Origin: Convolutriloba macropyga
Lineage: Eukaryota
DNA: 64,000 nt
Direction: 5' to 3'
Assembly: GCF_964194025.1 (NCBI RefSeq)
Contig: NC_134472.1
Coordinates: 46,066,001-46,130,000, forward strand
A program made the translations under genes and the position numbers. Below are positions 36,743-49,645 of the stretch, one piece after another. Position 1 is the first letter of the stretch; every line of letters begins with the position of its first letter. The notes under the pieces were generated by a model. It saw only the letters and a program-made list of their open reading frames with translations. It was not told where the DNA came from and did no database searches.

Positions 36743-38458
36743 TACAATGTTTGTCGCCAAATACTGTCCCATTGTTAATTTCCTGTTATTGTTTCATAAT
36801 GCTATTGTTTCGTTATTGTTTCATAAAGGTTAATATAATTAAGTAGGAGTTCATTTATGTCAGTTAGGGTTGTCAATTCTTTCGGTTACGTTTTTAAGGT
36901 TTCTTAACACTTCATGATTTTCGCAGTCAAATTGAAGTGAAAAAGTTAGTCAGGCCCAAACAGGGAGAAAGCAAAAGCGGGTGGTTTTGCAGCGAACAAC
37001 TTGTTTACTCTTATTTTAATTTTGGGGATGAAAACGGTGTTTTTATTTAGGTGCGGAATGTTGACTATATTTTTTTTGTTTTTGATTGGATTTTTTCTAC
37101 AGGGCTTTCTCAACTCGTTCGTAGTCCTTTAGAGGTCGAGTTATTTGTTTAGTCAATTAAATGTGTTTGAATTGTACGTCAGGGCTTGTTTTTTCCGCGT
37201 CATCAATTTTTCGATCGATGCTTTGACTTTTCTAGCGAATCTTACTTGAGTTATTAATTTTTCGTGATCTAGAATTCTCAATTCAAATTTTAAGCCTATC
37301 TTTATTCGAGTCGTTTTGCTACTAAAATTCAATTCAAAAGTGCGCCAAAATTGAATTGTTTTTCATTTTAAATAGTAGAAGTGGTCTTTCTATAATAAGC
37401 TCGAATACCATGCTTTTAAGTCTCTCGCTGTCGTTATAACGCCTGCTAATTAAGACACAATTGATCCCTTGTCATGTGGGAGCAACTCAGCTCACCGTAC
37501 TCGGTTATGTTTTCTCAGTTGATCAGAATTATCCCGCAAAAGTCTCGGTGGAGCAAAATGTTTCTGAATGTTAGTCGTAGGTTCATGACTACTACACTTG
37601 CGAATGATCGGTTCCGGATCGTTTCATTGTTTCATTATTTTGGTAAGCATTTTTCTCAAAGGAAATATACAATAGAAATTTACAAGTTAAGAGCAGAGGC
37701 CGTGCAAACTGTTTTGGGGACGCGAAAAATATTTCAAACCACTATAGCTACCTTTCAAGCTTTAGTTCCCTGTTTTTATACTAATTACTGTTTTCATGCA
37801 AGTGAATAATTTTGTATGTGGACATTTAGAGTGAAGCTGTCGTTATGATATTTATGTAAATTGGCTCCATAAAATGCGTGCATACAATACTTCAAAAAGT
37901 GGCTATTATACCATCAATCATTAAATTATATTCAGTTATTGTGTACCCCTCTCCGACGTTGTCATTGGCTCTTACATATCTGCAAAGTACGATATAATCA
38001 TAAAGATTTTTTAGCTCGCAGCTTTTGATGATCTCAGTAAATTTCTGCTCTATTCTGTGATGCGATTAATTTTCTTTTTAAGGTGCTAACAACCATTTAT
38101 TAGAATTTTCTCTTACACGTAGTTTAATCGGATGTCTTCATATCCCTATTATTTAGTTTAGATTAGATTGACTTCTCATTGAATGAATTTTTCTGTTGCA
38201 ATTAATTGTTTTTCTGCGAAGCCATTAAGGTCAGCAACATTTCTTTCTTTATAAATGTGAAATTGATAACAATATGAGTCTAGAGCACGTGTGTGGAAAA
38301 TGTGAAATTCCTCATGGTAGCTGATCACCTTGGTGCCAAGCATTCACATAGTTCTGTTGTTTTGGTTCATCAAAAGTTGAAATCTTACCAAATCTTCGCC
38401 GATATACAGCTCGGTAGAGTTGAGCCTATTTCTTCAATTTGTTCATTTTCCAGATAAG

Positions 38459-40087
38459 ATGGCTCCGAAAAAAACACGACGTTCTGATCCTGCGGCTGCT
38501 GCTGCAGTAACAACAGTTGAAGAATCTCCTGCTAAAAAGAGAGCCAAAGAAGAACCGCCAAGTGCTAGTCCAGTAAAAAATGAGCCCGTTTCACCGGAAA
38601 AGAAAATGGACACTAGCTCCGTTGAAACCACTTCTGAAGCTGAAACTCAAGATTCTCAAGATGTTAAGTTTGACGAGAATAAGTATGTTTTGAGTCGATC
38701 TTCGGAACAAGATACGACTGATGCGGCTGATATTGCGGCTAAACTGAAGAGTGTTGTTAACGATATGGCCAAAATAAAAGCTAAAGCATCGTTTGATGAT
38801 AATGATAAATCAAAAATGATTAGCCTCAGATCTGAAGCATGTGTGTTAGTTACCCTGATGCGCAGATTAAATAGGTATGGTCAAATTAAGTGCAAACTGC
38901 TCCGAGAAAACTCTACGGTGGCCAAAGAAAAAGTTGATGAAAAGTACCTGCAGCTGATGAATGTGCAATACGAGATTTCTCATTTGAAAAAAGAGATCCA
39001 AAAGTGTCTCAACTTCAAGTCCAGAGACGAGGAAATTGAATTAATTCCAGTTGAAGAGCTGAAAGAGAAAGCTAACAATGAAATTTACGACGAAGAAAAG
39101 ATTGGAGACGATCCGTACCTCCTGAAATTAGCCCAATTGCAGTTTGAATTGTCTGAACGGAAGAGACTTGGAAACGAGTTCAAAGAATCGGTAAGAGATC
39201 GAGCTAAACTGAAAACTCTAATTGAACAGAAGAAGCGAACGTTGCATAAGTTGTTGCCTACAGTCGATGAAGTAATCAAATCAACCAAGCCCCTGGAAGA
39301 AGCTTTGGGTGTGGAAACATTTTTTAGTGAAGTTCATGAAAAAATCAGGCACCTTCCGGCACCACTTTTTATTCTGTACTCCCAAGCAACGGCGTATGCG
39401 GAGGCGTTTGGATCGAGCTCAATGGTTTCTGTCAAAATTTTGGGTCAGCCTCCAGAAACTGAAAGTAGTGTTGACCCCACGGTTCTATTAGGCGATGATG
39501 ACGATAAAGATGACGCTAATGGAGCTTCCGAACAGCAATCGGACGATTCTAGAAGTAACAGAGGTGCTGCAGGTAAAGGTGTGGAAATCTCACCATCTGC
39601 AAGTGCTAGTGCGACTACTAGTTCGCCCGGAGTTGTTGCTAACAAAAGCAGCAAACTACTGAAAGAACACCCAATGATGGTGTCTGTCGAAATTGGCGTA
39701 AAGGACCGCCTTGAAAAGATTGAAATGGTCTTCTCGTTTCTAGTATGCTTAAATCTTGTAGTTGTGAAACCTAGATTGAAAACCTCGCCTGCAAATTCGC
39801 TTACAACTGTGTTGACTAATTTGTTCCCGAAGGATGATGGCGCGGACACCCCGAACCCTTCAAATTACTACATGTTCGAGAAGTACAACATCACCTCGTT
39901 CTCCAAATTTACTCGCCAGATTGGTTTCGCATACCATTGGGTACAGAGGATCTGTGGAGTCGATTTCAAGACCCTGAGGGCGGGAGATGCTGTTAAATGG
40001 GAGGAGAGTGTAGCTGCCCATTCTTTGGGACAGGTGGTAGCTATGGCACAGGAGAGAGTCAAGAGTCGGATTGAGTTGGCTCGTCAG
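38459..40087 (+). CDS. THOC5: THO complex subunit 5 (FMIP), coding exon 1
   Basis: MRRLNR, KEKVDEKYLQLMNVQYEISHLKKEIQKCLNFKSRDEEIELIPVEE, LAQLQFELSERKRL, HLPAPLFILYSQATAYAEA, NLFPKDDGADTPNPSNYY and AYHWVQRICGVDF are hallmark THOC5 motifs. ATG at 38459; donor GTGAGC at 40088. Confidence 0.95.
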
Positions 40088-40517
40088 GTGAGCTCTATAT
40101 ACTATCTTCATTTCAATTTCGGTGAACGTAGTAGCGTTTTGATTTCCCTGGTTCTCCTAAATTACATTAGAAGTAATTTTCATGTAATTCTAGTTCTCAA
40201 AGTTCTTTGGGTTTTCCAGTAAATCGCTGAACCTGCTAGCAAACCGCTTCCTTTTTGACATCTCTGTTATGTCAGTATCTACAGCTTTGGTGCGGAACTT
40301 CAGACCTAACACTTCTAAAAATTCCAATGTAGAGGTGAATGTTTCAAGTGACTAGTCGTGCTGTCTGTTAATACACAGCAACCTTTTCATCAAACTGCGT
40401 TATACTAGGAGATTGTTATGAAATTGGCAACATAGTTTAGGACACGTATAATGCTGTCTTCATTGATCCCGACATGGAGCACTAGATTTGTGGGCTCAGT
40501 CATATTTTTGTGTTTAG

Positions 40518-40751
40518 GTTGGAAGTTTGGAGAAGAAGACAGTACCTCTTCCACCCTCCTGCCTCAAATTCTACCCCATCAAGTTGTCCACCAGCATACT
40601 CAAGTTCCAACCAATCAGCAGCGAGGAATATCGCACCGGTCTCAAAATTGACCCGTCACTCTTCTCAGAAGCAAGGGAAAATGCCATGCATTTTTTCGCA
40701 GTGCTGGTCAAAAACTTCCAAAGCAAGGAACAGCTGCATGCCTACATTGAG
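40518..40751 (+). CDS. THOC5: THOC5 coding exon 2
   Basis: TTTAG acceptor at 40517; VGSLEKKTVPLPPSCLKFYP aligns with THOC5 FASLEHGIVPV...LFP. GT at 40752, phase 0. Confidence 0.88.
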
Positions 40752-41093
40752 GTTAACAATTTTTGATACTATGACAAACTCTTTTTGGAACTCGACAACT
40801 TGATATTTATTTGTTACACAATAATTTAAACGGAATTTTGCTAAATTCTTGAAGTTGTATTCCGCCATTTTAGGGGAGGGGCTTTTTGAATTGACGTTTT
40901 CAAACCCCACGTAGAGAGCTATATTGGCATTGCTGCAACGGTATATGACGACACATTTGGTTTTTTTTTGGACGCAAGTTTGTGGCAATTAATGAAGAGC
41001 GTCGAATTTGCAGTTGTAGAGTTGCAATATTACCTGCAACTAGTTCGCAGGAAAGCAAACATTTTTTGTGTTTAAATATGCATGTTGTTCTAG

Positions 41094-41294
41094 GTTATGC
41101 AGAACTACCCCAACTCGTGTCCTGTGTTCAATCTGCGGTTCTCCCCAGTGGCCACTGACCTGCTACCCAACTGGGCTGCCCTCCTGAGACAGCTGGAAGA
41201 GGAGGCCAACATCAGAGCACTCCAAGTGTGTCCAGATGAGCAGAAAATTGACTTACTCACTGTGCAGCTCTACCACCTCATGTGCTGCTTCGAA
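41094..41294 (+). CDS. THOC5: THOC5 coding exon 3
   Basis: VMQNYPNSCPVFNL...LRQLEEEANI...LLTVQLYHLMCCFE matches Y..xPPVFxL..IRAMExEVNV..LLTNQL. AG at 41092-93; GTGCGT at 41295. Confidence 0.9.
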
Positions 41295-42183
41295 GTGCGT
41301 TACATCAACATCGCTATCTCCGAATTACTTTTTTTATGACATAAATGTTTTGTTATTATCCGCCATCAGCCTCTCAAGTGCTATTATTTAGGCACTCTCC
41401 TTTTTGCAATGAAAAAAGTTTGGATTAGTTTGGTGCAGTCTTTGTTTACGACTCGAAGAGGAGTAAAAAACAGGATGTAAAAGTCAATGCCGCACGTGAA
41501 AACTAAGTTTTTAGGTCAAACGGCTGAGCAAATTGAAAATCAGAGAAAAAGGGAAAGTGATTTTCCAACAATATCGCATTTTAAAGATAGTGAGAAAAGT
41601 AGGTATGAAAAAATCTTCGCGAGCGAGCAAAATCTTGTCATCACATGCTGCTTTTTCGCATCATTTTTAAAGTTTTTACTTAGCTTTATCGAGTAAAGTG
41701 GTTTTCGTAAAACATATTAACACGTAACTACATTCGGGAGCGCTTTTGACCATATCAATCATATATTAAATTTTTAGATGCAATCTTGAGCTATTTATGT
41801 GATTTCGCCGTTTTAGAGACTAGTCTGTATACGCATTTTGTTGACCTTTTGATTTGATTGGTATCACTTTGAATTTTTTCCCCCTAATTCCTCTGTTTCC
41901 CTGCCTTTCTGAATATTTTTGTTAAATTGTTTTCCGAGGGTAGTCCTAGGGTTATTGTTACTAAGTGACTTTGATAGGCCAGATTTTCATAAAATAATTG
42001 AACGAATTCTGCATTTTGTAGATTTTTTTGATTATATTTGAAGCGTTTTTTGAGATGCATTGTTTGTTTTTTTTTGTATTTTTATGAAGTGTTGCCCAGC
42101 TTAAGCTGGGCAAATATTAGACGATCTGTTATCAAAAAAGCTTTTCGAGTCGCAACTTGAAAAATTTGCTTTTTCCTAATTTG

Positions 42184-42605
42184 TTTAATTGCTCTGTTTG
42201 ACTGATTTGTTGTCTGACCCATTTGACTTTTTATCCTCAAAAACGGGATAAACATGTAGAGCTCGGAGGGCATTAAGTTCTAAGCTTTACTATACTCTAA
42301 GAATGCGATTCACCAAAACTTTTGAGGAGACAATTTGTTCTTGATCTTAAAGTTTGACCCCTCAGTCAACCCCCCCCCCCCCCCTCCCTCCTCAACCATC
42401 CCATTGTCCACCTTCCGGCACCTGTCCATTTTAACCCTCTCTCATCTAGCCTTCGCTACCCCACCCATCGCTTGACCCCCCCCCCCCCCCACAGACACAC
42501 ACACACACCGGTCACCACCCTGACCCCTAAGCCCCAGCTGGCAGCTACCGAAGACAACAGCTGGTTGGTCATTTGAGATCAATTTGCCCGATGTTAATCG
42601 GTTAT
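42184..42605 (+). mobile_element. Class B Helentron-like element in the last THOC5 intron
   Basis: 5' TAATTGCTCT, shared core TGACCCATTTGACTTTT..CTCAAAAACGGGATAAAC, poly-C tracts, and 3' TTGAGATCAATTTGCCCGATGTTAATCGGTTAT. Confidence 0.65.
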
Positions 42606-43010
42606 TTTTTTTTGTTTGATGTGTCCAATTGATCAGTCTTTAGTTCAAGTGGATTGCTACAGTATACTACTATCACGTAGTTTTTAAAAACCAATTCCAG
42701 TCTTTTGTGACATCAAAGCGCCGGCATTTATTTAAGGTTTTTTTCTGGACGCACCAAAGGTTGTGCGGCCCCGTCTATGTTTCTAATCGAGCCTTAGTTG
42801 GAATATTTAGCCGCTATTGTTGTAAACTGGAATTGAGCATAGAAAGTAAACGGTCGTATTATGGGCTAATTTAGATCGTTTCTGTTCGGGGCCTGACCTT
42901 AAGTAGAAGCCATTAAGTGGGGTCATTAGGTCATTAACAACAATAGGAAACAGTTTATCACATGTGGAAAATTTTGATTTATTTTGAAGTGAACTTTGGC
43001 TTTGTTTTAG

Positions 43011-43127
43011 GTGATGACCGATTCGTCTAGGGCCAGTGAGCGAGTATATCCTAGACAGTTCAAGGGAAGAAACAGAGCGCGACCCTTCACATACAAGCCA
43101 AACACGGGCCTATTTTTGTTTAACTGA
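43011..43127 (+). CDS. THOC5: THOC5 last coding exon (below the ORF-track length cutoff)
   Basis: VMTDSSRASERVYPRQFKGRNRARPFTYKPNTGLFLFN* matches the conserved C-terminus R.FRG..R..PFKY....G.F. TTTTAG acceptor at 43010; TGA at 43125-27. Confidence 0.9.
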   Translation: MMTDSSRASERVYPRQFKGRNRARPFTYKPNTGLFLFN

Positions 43128-43914
43128 TCAAAAACCCAGATCTCAAGAGTAGAATGACGAATTAAGGAGACTTATAAATGTTGGTGTCTTAATGATTGTC
43201 GAGAAGTACTGGAAGTTCGATAGCCATTAAACAGATGTTGAGCTGATCTTCCATCAAATATTTTACCTTTCTTGTTCGATAATGTCTTTTGACCTTTTCT
43301 TCGTGTTGATTTGATAATTTAGTCTGATGATTAAGTGTCCCAATTTATTCTTTTTTCTCTGTTTCTTTTTATTTCGAACAACAGTATGTAGGCTTCGTCT
43401 TAACAACAGAATGTAGGCTTCGTCTGTATGTAGGCTTCGTATGTAGTCATACGTCGCCAACAGTATGTAGGCTTCGGCAGCTGAATCAAAAGACGACTTC
43501 CATCAAATAATGAAGAGAAAGGCGAAGTGATATTGATAATAGTACAATTGGGAACGTGCTGTACTAAGCTAACTTGTTTTTGATCACAGACAGTTTAGGG
43601 CTTCAAGTTGTTTGATTGCTATCGGACGAAGTTTGAGCCTATTTTTGTAACGTGTTTTTCTTCCTTAAGCAACATTTTTGCTTGACCATTTTTGCGCTTT
43701 TGTTCTGGAACATTTTTTTTTACTTCTGAAGTAGACTTCTCAAGTTTGTTGCTATAATAAAAACGATTGGAAGATAGGAAATCACGGTGAGAAAGCCGAG
43801 TGGGTAATGCTTCTGTCGAGAAATACGGAGGTCGACGGTTCCAATCCATCCCTGGTCGGATGCTTTGCACCCATAAAAAAAGTGGATCTATTCGGACCCC
43901 CATTACAATTTCTT

Positions 43915-46010
43915 TATTAATGGCCTTCTCTTGGTTTTTTCACAATTCAAAGAATTTGAATTGTATTGGGGCGCTGTCTTTTTTACGCCTCGAATAGGAG
44001 TATTGGAGAAGTCCTTTTTTTAATCAATTTTATTGGAGTGATTTTTGAAGCGGTAAATGAAACGCGTGAAAAAATTTGGAGTGATTTTGGTGCCGAATAA
44101 AAGTGAAGAGTGGAGCGAAAAGAGAGTGGTTTTTGTTCATACCGCTGTTTTTGAGAGAGAGCGAGAAATTGATGTGTGAAAAAAATTTCTCTAAGCGAGC
44201 GAAATTTTTTGTTCACGTGCGGCATTTTGAAGCAGTTTTTTTTTCGTTTATTTTGGTTAAGAGGTTTGGTTATGATTTTGTTTTAATTTTAGGCTGATTT
44301 CGGCAGTGGTTTGAAGGATTTTTGAAATTCATATGAATTTTATTATAATTCGGAGGTTTTTAATGTATTTTGCTGATTTTCGGGCTAATTTTTGCGTTTT
44401 TTTTTACGATTATTTTGTTTTACTGGCTCAAATGGGTACTGAAGAAACCCCTTCTACTTGAAAAAAGTTATGATAACAATTGATTACAGTTTTGTGGGTA
44501 AGAATCATTTTTTTGTTGAGAAATATGACAAAAAAATGGCGAAAATTGAAACTATTTTTCTTAATTTTGTGCAGTTTTCCGTTTTTTTTTCAGTTTTTAG
44601 CAAAGTTTTTTAGCCTATACTTGCCTATTGTTTTGCGAGAATCTGGATACCCTCTTGACTGAAGGGAATTTCTTGACTTATGCTTTTGAAATATTAAAAA
44701 ATTAGTAACTTTTTCCAGTTTTTCACTGGAAGTTCTTTATAAGAGCTTTTTTTTCATAATTTAGCCTAAAGTATTTTTCGAAATTCACATGTGGTTTTTT
44801 AAGTACTAGTTGTTTTGATGACGTTATTTTGGCAGAGATAGTTTTTTCGGGATCTCAATTTATAACAAAGTTTGATCAGATTTTTTATCATATTTTAACA
44901 GATTTGATTTTATTTTAACTTTTTTGGTTCATGGTTTTGTTTCAAGATAATAATAAATTAGTGAAGGCATAAATTAGTTTGATGAGTAGTTGGATGGCGT
45001 TAAATGGATTTTCACTTCGAGTCGTTTCCGGAATTCTTCCGGCTATGTTTTTTTTTAATATCTGTTCACACATTTTCATGATTTTTGAAGTCAAATTGGA
45101 GTAGTTATTTTGGTCACGCCGAAACAGGAAATAGAGCAAAAAGCGAGTGGTTTTGCGGCGTGAATTTTTTTGCTCTAATTTTAAAGTAGAGTGAAAAAAT
45201 GGTGTTTGAACAAAAATTCGCTTTCTCGCTAGTGGTTTTTTGTTCACATGCGGCAATTTCACATTGATTTTTACTGTTTTTTCGATTTTTTTTTTGGATC
45301 GGGTTTTTTCTAAATGGTTTTCCCAACCCATTAATAGCTCATTCTAGGCCTAGTTTTTTGTGTGAACCAAATTTTCATTTCTCGCTAGTGGTGTTTCGTT
45401 CACATGCAGCATTTTGACACCGATTTTTTGTTTCTTTTATTTTTTTTATGATTTTTTTTAGAAATGGTTTTCCCAATTCACTCATAGTCCGTTATAAGTC
45501 GTTTATTGTTTAGTCAATAAAAATTCTTTGAATTGTACGTCAGGACTTGTCCTGTTATGTTTTTTTATTTCGTCGTGATGATTTTTGTTACGACCATATG
45601 ACGTCACAGCCACTATTGGTTCATTCGTTCATGCAATTTTAACTGAATTGCATTTGTGACGTCATTTTTCGCTCTAGGTGGAGCGAGTTTTTTTGTTCAT
45701 GCGCGTGATTAATTTTTTGGTCACACTTGACTTACCTCACTCTCAAAAATGACTTCCTCAATTTGAAATTGACTTTTATTTACTTTAATTCAAAGAGATA
45801 AGGTCAAGTGGGTGTGTGTCACTCTAAATGAAGGTTATTTGAGATCAGCTATTAGAGGCAGCAATAACTTATACAGATTTTTAATCAAAATATAACAGAT
45901 CAGCCTTCAATGAAAAGACGAATTTTTTTAGTCTGTCTTTTTTACTGTTTTTTTAGACTGCCGATCTACGAATCTATTGCGGCTATTTTCTGGCAATCTG
46001 CCAGCTATGT
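43915..46010 (+). mobile_element. Two head-to-tail class A Helentron-like elements (~43915-45050 and ~45050-46010)
   Basis: The first begins with the class A 5' core and ends CCGGAATTCTTCCGGCTATGTTTT (~45050). The second is near-identical to 7905-8700 and ends TGCGGCTATTTTCTGGCAATCTGCCAGCTATG. Confidence 0.7.
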
Positions 46011-46671
46011 TTGTTATGTAGCACGTTACTCTGTAAAAATAGCACGTACGCATGAGTTTGTAAAAGTTATAAGCCCACTAAGCGGGGGAAGGACGAACTG
46101 TTTAAAATTCTGACAAATTTTTAGAAAGGTTTTACATCTAGATTTAAGCGGCGAAATTAAATACCTCCAATAAATGCCTTCTGGAACAAAGATGTGCAGG
46201 AAAGTAAACTCAATGTAAATGCATAAGTTCGTTTCAATTTAAAATTTAACTTCGTATATTGTGCGCTGTCCGAATTTCAATTTGTTTTGTCTGTCGCTGA
46301 TATGGATGCAAGATGGTTGCAATCTTGCAACAGCGCTCTTTTAAAATACTCATACATACTTTTGACCTTCCGTACGTACCTATTTTTCTTGACCAAGTCT
46401 GTAGGCTACATAATTGTACTGCAATTGGTGAAATAACTAAAACTCTGAAGCTCATCAGATGAATTTGATACCAAATTTGATTCTGAAAGTATACACTTCG
46501 GTAACTGCGTTCACTTGAGTACGCTAAAAGTACACTTCGGTAATATTGAAATTTATTAGCTGAACCTAGCAGAGCATTTGCGTATATTTCTATTTCTTGT
46601 TCTTTTCGACGTACCAAGATATTCATGGATTGAAACGAGGCCAGTAAAACCATCTCTATATATTAATTCAT

Positions 46672-47845
46672 TGTCGACATAAAAGGCACCATGTTTAAGC
46701 TCCTAATCTTTACATGTTTTAACAGCCCCTAAACATGCTTTTCGGCAAAAAGCGACTGGCAACAGTCGGATTCTAGCCGGGGTATGTGAGTTAAGAGGCG
46801 AAAGCGCAATGAGTTGAGCTAAGAAACAGATGAGCCGCGTATTTATCGGGATTTTTGTCCATTAACGTCGTCGCATCCGTTTCCACTTTCTCCAATTCCC
46901 TCGTTTTTTCACAATTTTTTGTGCTCCATGCCTTTCTCCTGTCACTATCTATCTTCTATCAATCTACATAATAAAAATAATTCGAATTCCTACACCTTTA
47001 TGTTTAAGCTCCTAATCTTCACAAGTTTTAAGGCTTCTTAAATACACATCAAAGCGTTTTGATTCGCATGTATTTTGAAAAAGGTCAATGACCGAAAACT
47101 TGACCTTGCCAAAAAGTAAATGATCGAAAAGTTACCTATGCCGTAAAGGTCAATGACTGAATACTGAATGTAAAAATGGTTCATTGTTCGAAAAGCTGCC
47201 TATGACCGAAAAGCTGTCATCTATATCTGTATATTAAATCAGTGTCGACATAAAAGGCACTTTGTTTAATTTCCTAATCTTTACATGTTTTAACAGCCCC
47301 TAAACATGCTCTTCGGCGAAAAGCGACTGACAACAGTCGGATTCGAACTGGGGTCTGTGAGTTAAGAGGCAAAAGCGCAATGAGTTGAGCTAAGAAACAG
47401 ATGAGCCGCGCATTTATCGGGACTTTTGTCATTAACGTCGTCGCATCCGTTTCCACTTTCTCCAATTCCCTCCTTTTTTCACAATTTTTTGTGCTCCATG
47501 CCTTTCTCGTGTCACTATCTGTCTTCTATCAATCTACATATTAAAATTAATTTGAATACCTATACCACCACGTTTAAGCTCCTAATCTTCACATGTCTTA
47601 AGGCCTCTTAATTATACATCAAAGCGTATTGATTCGCATGTATTTTGAAAAGGGTCAATTACTGAAAACTTGACCTTGCCAAAAAGTAAATGACCGAAAA
47701 TTTACCTATGCCGTAAAGGTCAATGACTGAATACTGAATGTAAAAATGGTTCATACTTGGAAAAGCTGCCTATGACCGAAAAGCTGTCATTGTCAAAAAG
47801 TCAGTGACCGAAAAGTAATTCATGCAATAAAGGTCAGTGACTGGA
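46672..47845. repeat. ~570-bp tandem duplication containing an array of AAGGTCAATGACCGAAAAG-like units
   Basis: TGTCGACATAAAAGGCAC at ~46672 and ~47243. A related unit array occurs at ~14140-14220. Confidence 0.85.
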
Positions 47846-48039
47846 TAGCCCAGGATGTTTTTAATCAAAACTTTTTACGCTGAATGTTTGCGTGACCGAT
47901 TTTTAAACAATCTTTTGATTCTTTTGTTTTCAGTTTTTCTTGATCTCAGTCTCATAAAAAACTTGAACAACTGAAGTTTAATTAACTGAATCTTTTGTTG
48001 CCAGTTTGTTTTTTAAAAGTTATGCTGTGATGAATTTGG

Positions 48040-49099
48040 TCTATTTTTCTTTTTTACTTCCGAAGGAAGATCTTTTCTCTTCCGTTTCTTTTTTTCTTTG
48101 CTCCTTTTTCTTTTTATTTTCTCCTTCATTTGCTTTGTTTTTGGGTATATTTCTTTTTCTCTGTCTCTTCTGCTTTTTATCTGTCCTTTCACTTTCTTTT
48201 CTCTTTCTTTTTTCCTTTCCTTATCTCTCCTTTTCTTTTGCTTTTCTCTCTCTCTCTCTTTTATGTCATTCTGCTTTTTGCTGTCTTTTTCTGTACTTGT
48301 CTGCGTTGTTTTTCTTTTTTATTCTTTCTTTCCTCCTTTTAGTTTCTTAATGGTTTCTCTCTTTTTCGTTCCTCTCTTTTCTTTAGCTTGTCGTTCTTTC
48401 CTCTTTCCTTTCTATTTCTTTTCTGTCTTGCTGTACTCTTTCTTTGCTTTTCTTTTCTGTTTGTTTTCTCTTTTCTGTTGTTTTCTGCCTTTTTTCTCAT
48501 CCTTTCTCTCTTTTGTTCCTGTTTAGCTTCTGTCTTTTTTATCTCGCTCACTTTTCTGTCTTTCTTTTCTCTTGCTCTTCTCTGTCTTGTCTGTCTTTGG
48601 TTTTTTTTTCTCTCATTTCTTTCTGTTAGTATTTTCTGCCTCTTTTCGTTTTTGATTTTCTTTTCTGTCTCTCTCGTTCTCTTTTCTTCTTTGTTCTTTC
48701 TGCTTTCTTCTCTCTTTTTTGCTTTCTGTCGTTTTCTTTTTTCTTTTCTGTATTTCATTTCTCTCTTTTCTCTATTGCTTTTGTCTGTTATTTTCTGTTT
48801 TTTTTCTTCCTTTATTTGTTTTCATTCGTTTTCTCTTTCGTTCCTCTGTCGTTTTCACTTTATTTTCTCGTTCTTTTCTCTTTCCTTTCTGTTTTTCTTT
48901 TTTCTACCGCTCTTTTGTGTTTTTTCTGTCTTTCTTTTCTCACTTGATTTCTTTTTCTTTTATATTGAGTTTCTCTTTCCTGTCTTTCAATTCTGTCTTT
49001 TTTCTCTCTTTCTTTTAACTTTTTCCTTTCTGCTCTTTTTTCCTTTCTTTTCTCATTTGTTTCTTTCTGCTCCCTCTTTCTCTTCTTTCTCTCCTTTCG

Positions 49100-49132
<33 letters not shown>

Positions 49133-49645
49133 CTGTTTTTCTCTCTTACTTCTCTCTTGCTTTTCTCTTTTCTTGCTTTTCTGTCTTTTGTCTCTTTTCT
49201 GTCTTTCGTTTCTCGATTTATTTTCTCTCTTTTGTTTGTCTTTCTTTTCTCTTTCTTTCCTGTCCTTTTTTCTTTTCCCTCCTTTCTCTCTTCCTCTTTT
49301 TTTGTTTGTTTCTCTTTCTCTGTTTCATTTGTCTTTTTTGACGTTTCCTCTTTCGTCCACCCATCTTTTCTCTCTATTTTGTCTTTTTTCGGTAATTTTT
49401 TCTCTCGTTTTATCTAGCTTTTCTCTCTTTCTCTTCCTTTCTTTTCTGCCTTTTTTCTCTTCTTTTGTCTTTTCTGTCTTTCTTTTCTCTCTTTTTCTTC
49501 TGTTCTGTTTTGCTGCCCTTTTTCTGTCTTTCCTTTGTCTTCTCTCTCGTTTCGCCCTTTCGTTTCTTTCTTTTCTCTTTCCTTTCTGTCTTTCTTTTCT
49601 TTTTTCTGTTTTCTCTCCCTCCATGTCTTGTTTCTTCTCTTTTTT
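48040..49645. repeat. 1.6-kb low-complexity polypyrimidine (T/C) tract
   Basis: The top strand is almost entirely T and C with few purines and is non-periodic. Confidence 0.97.

Noticed and set aside
38420-38458. TTG-initiated N-terminal extension of THOC5, and ORF read-through past 40087
   Set aside because: Both are intronic: they are bounded by canonical splice sites and homology stops there.
43383-43477. Repeated ATGTAGGCTTCG motif downstream of THOC5
   Set aside because: Looks like local slippage or repair filler with irregular spacing; no evidence of function.
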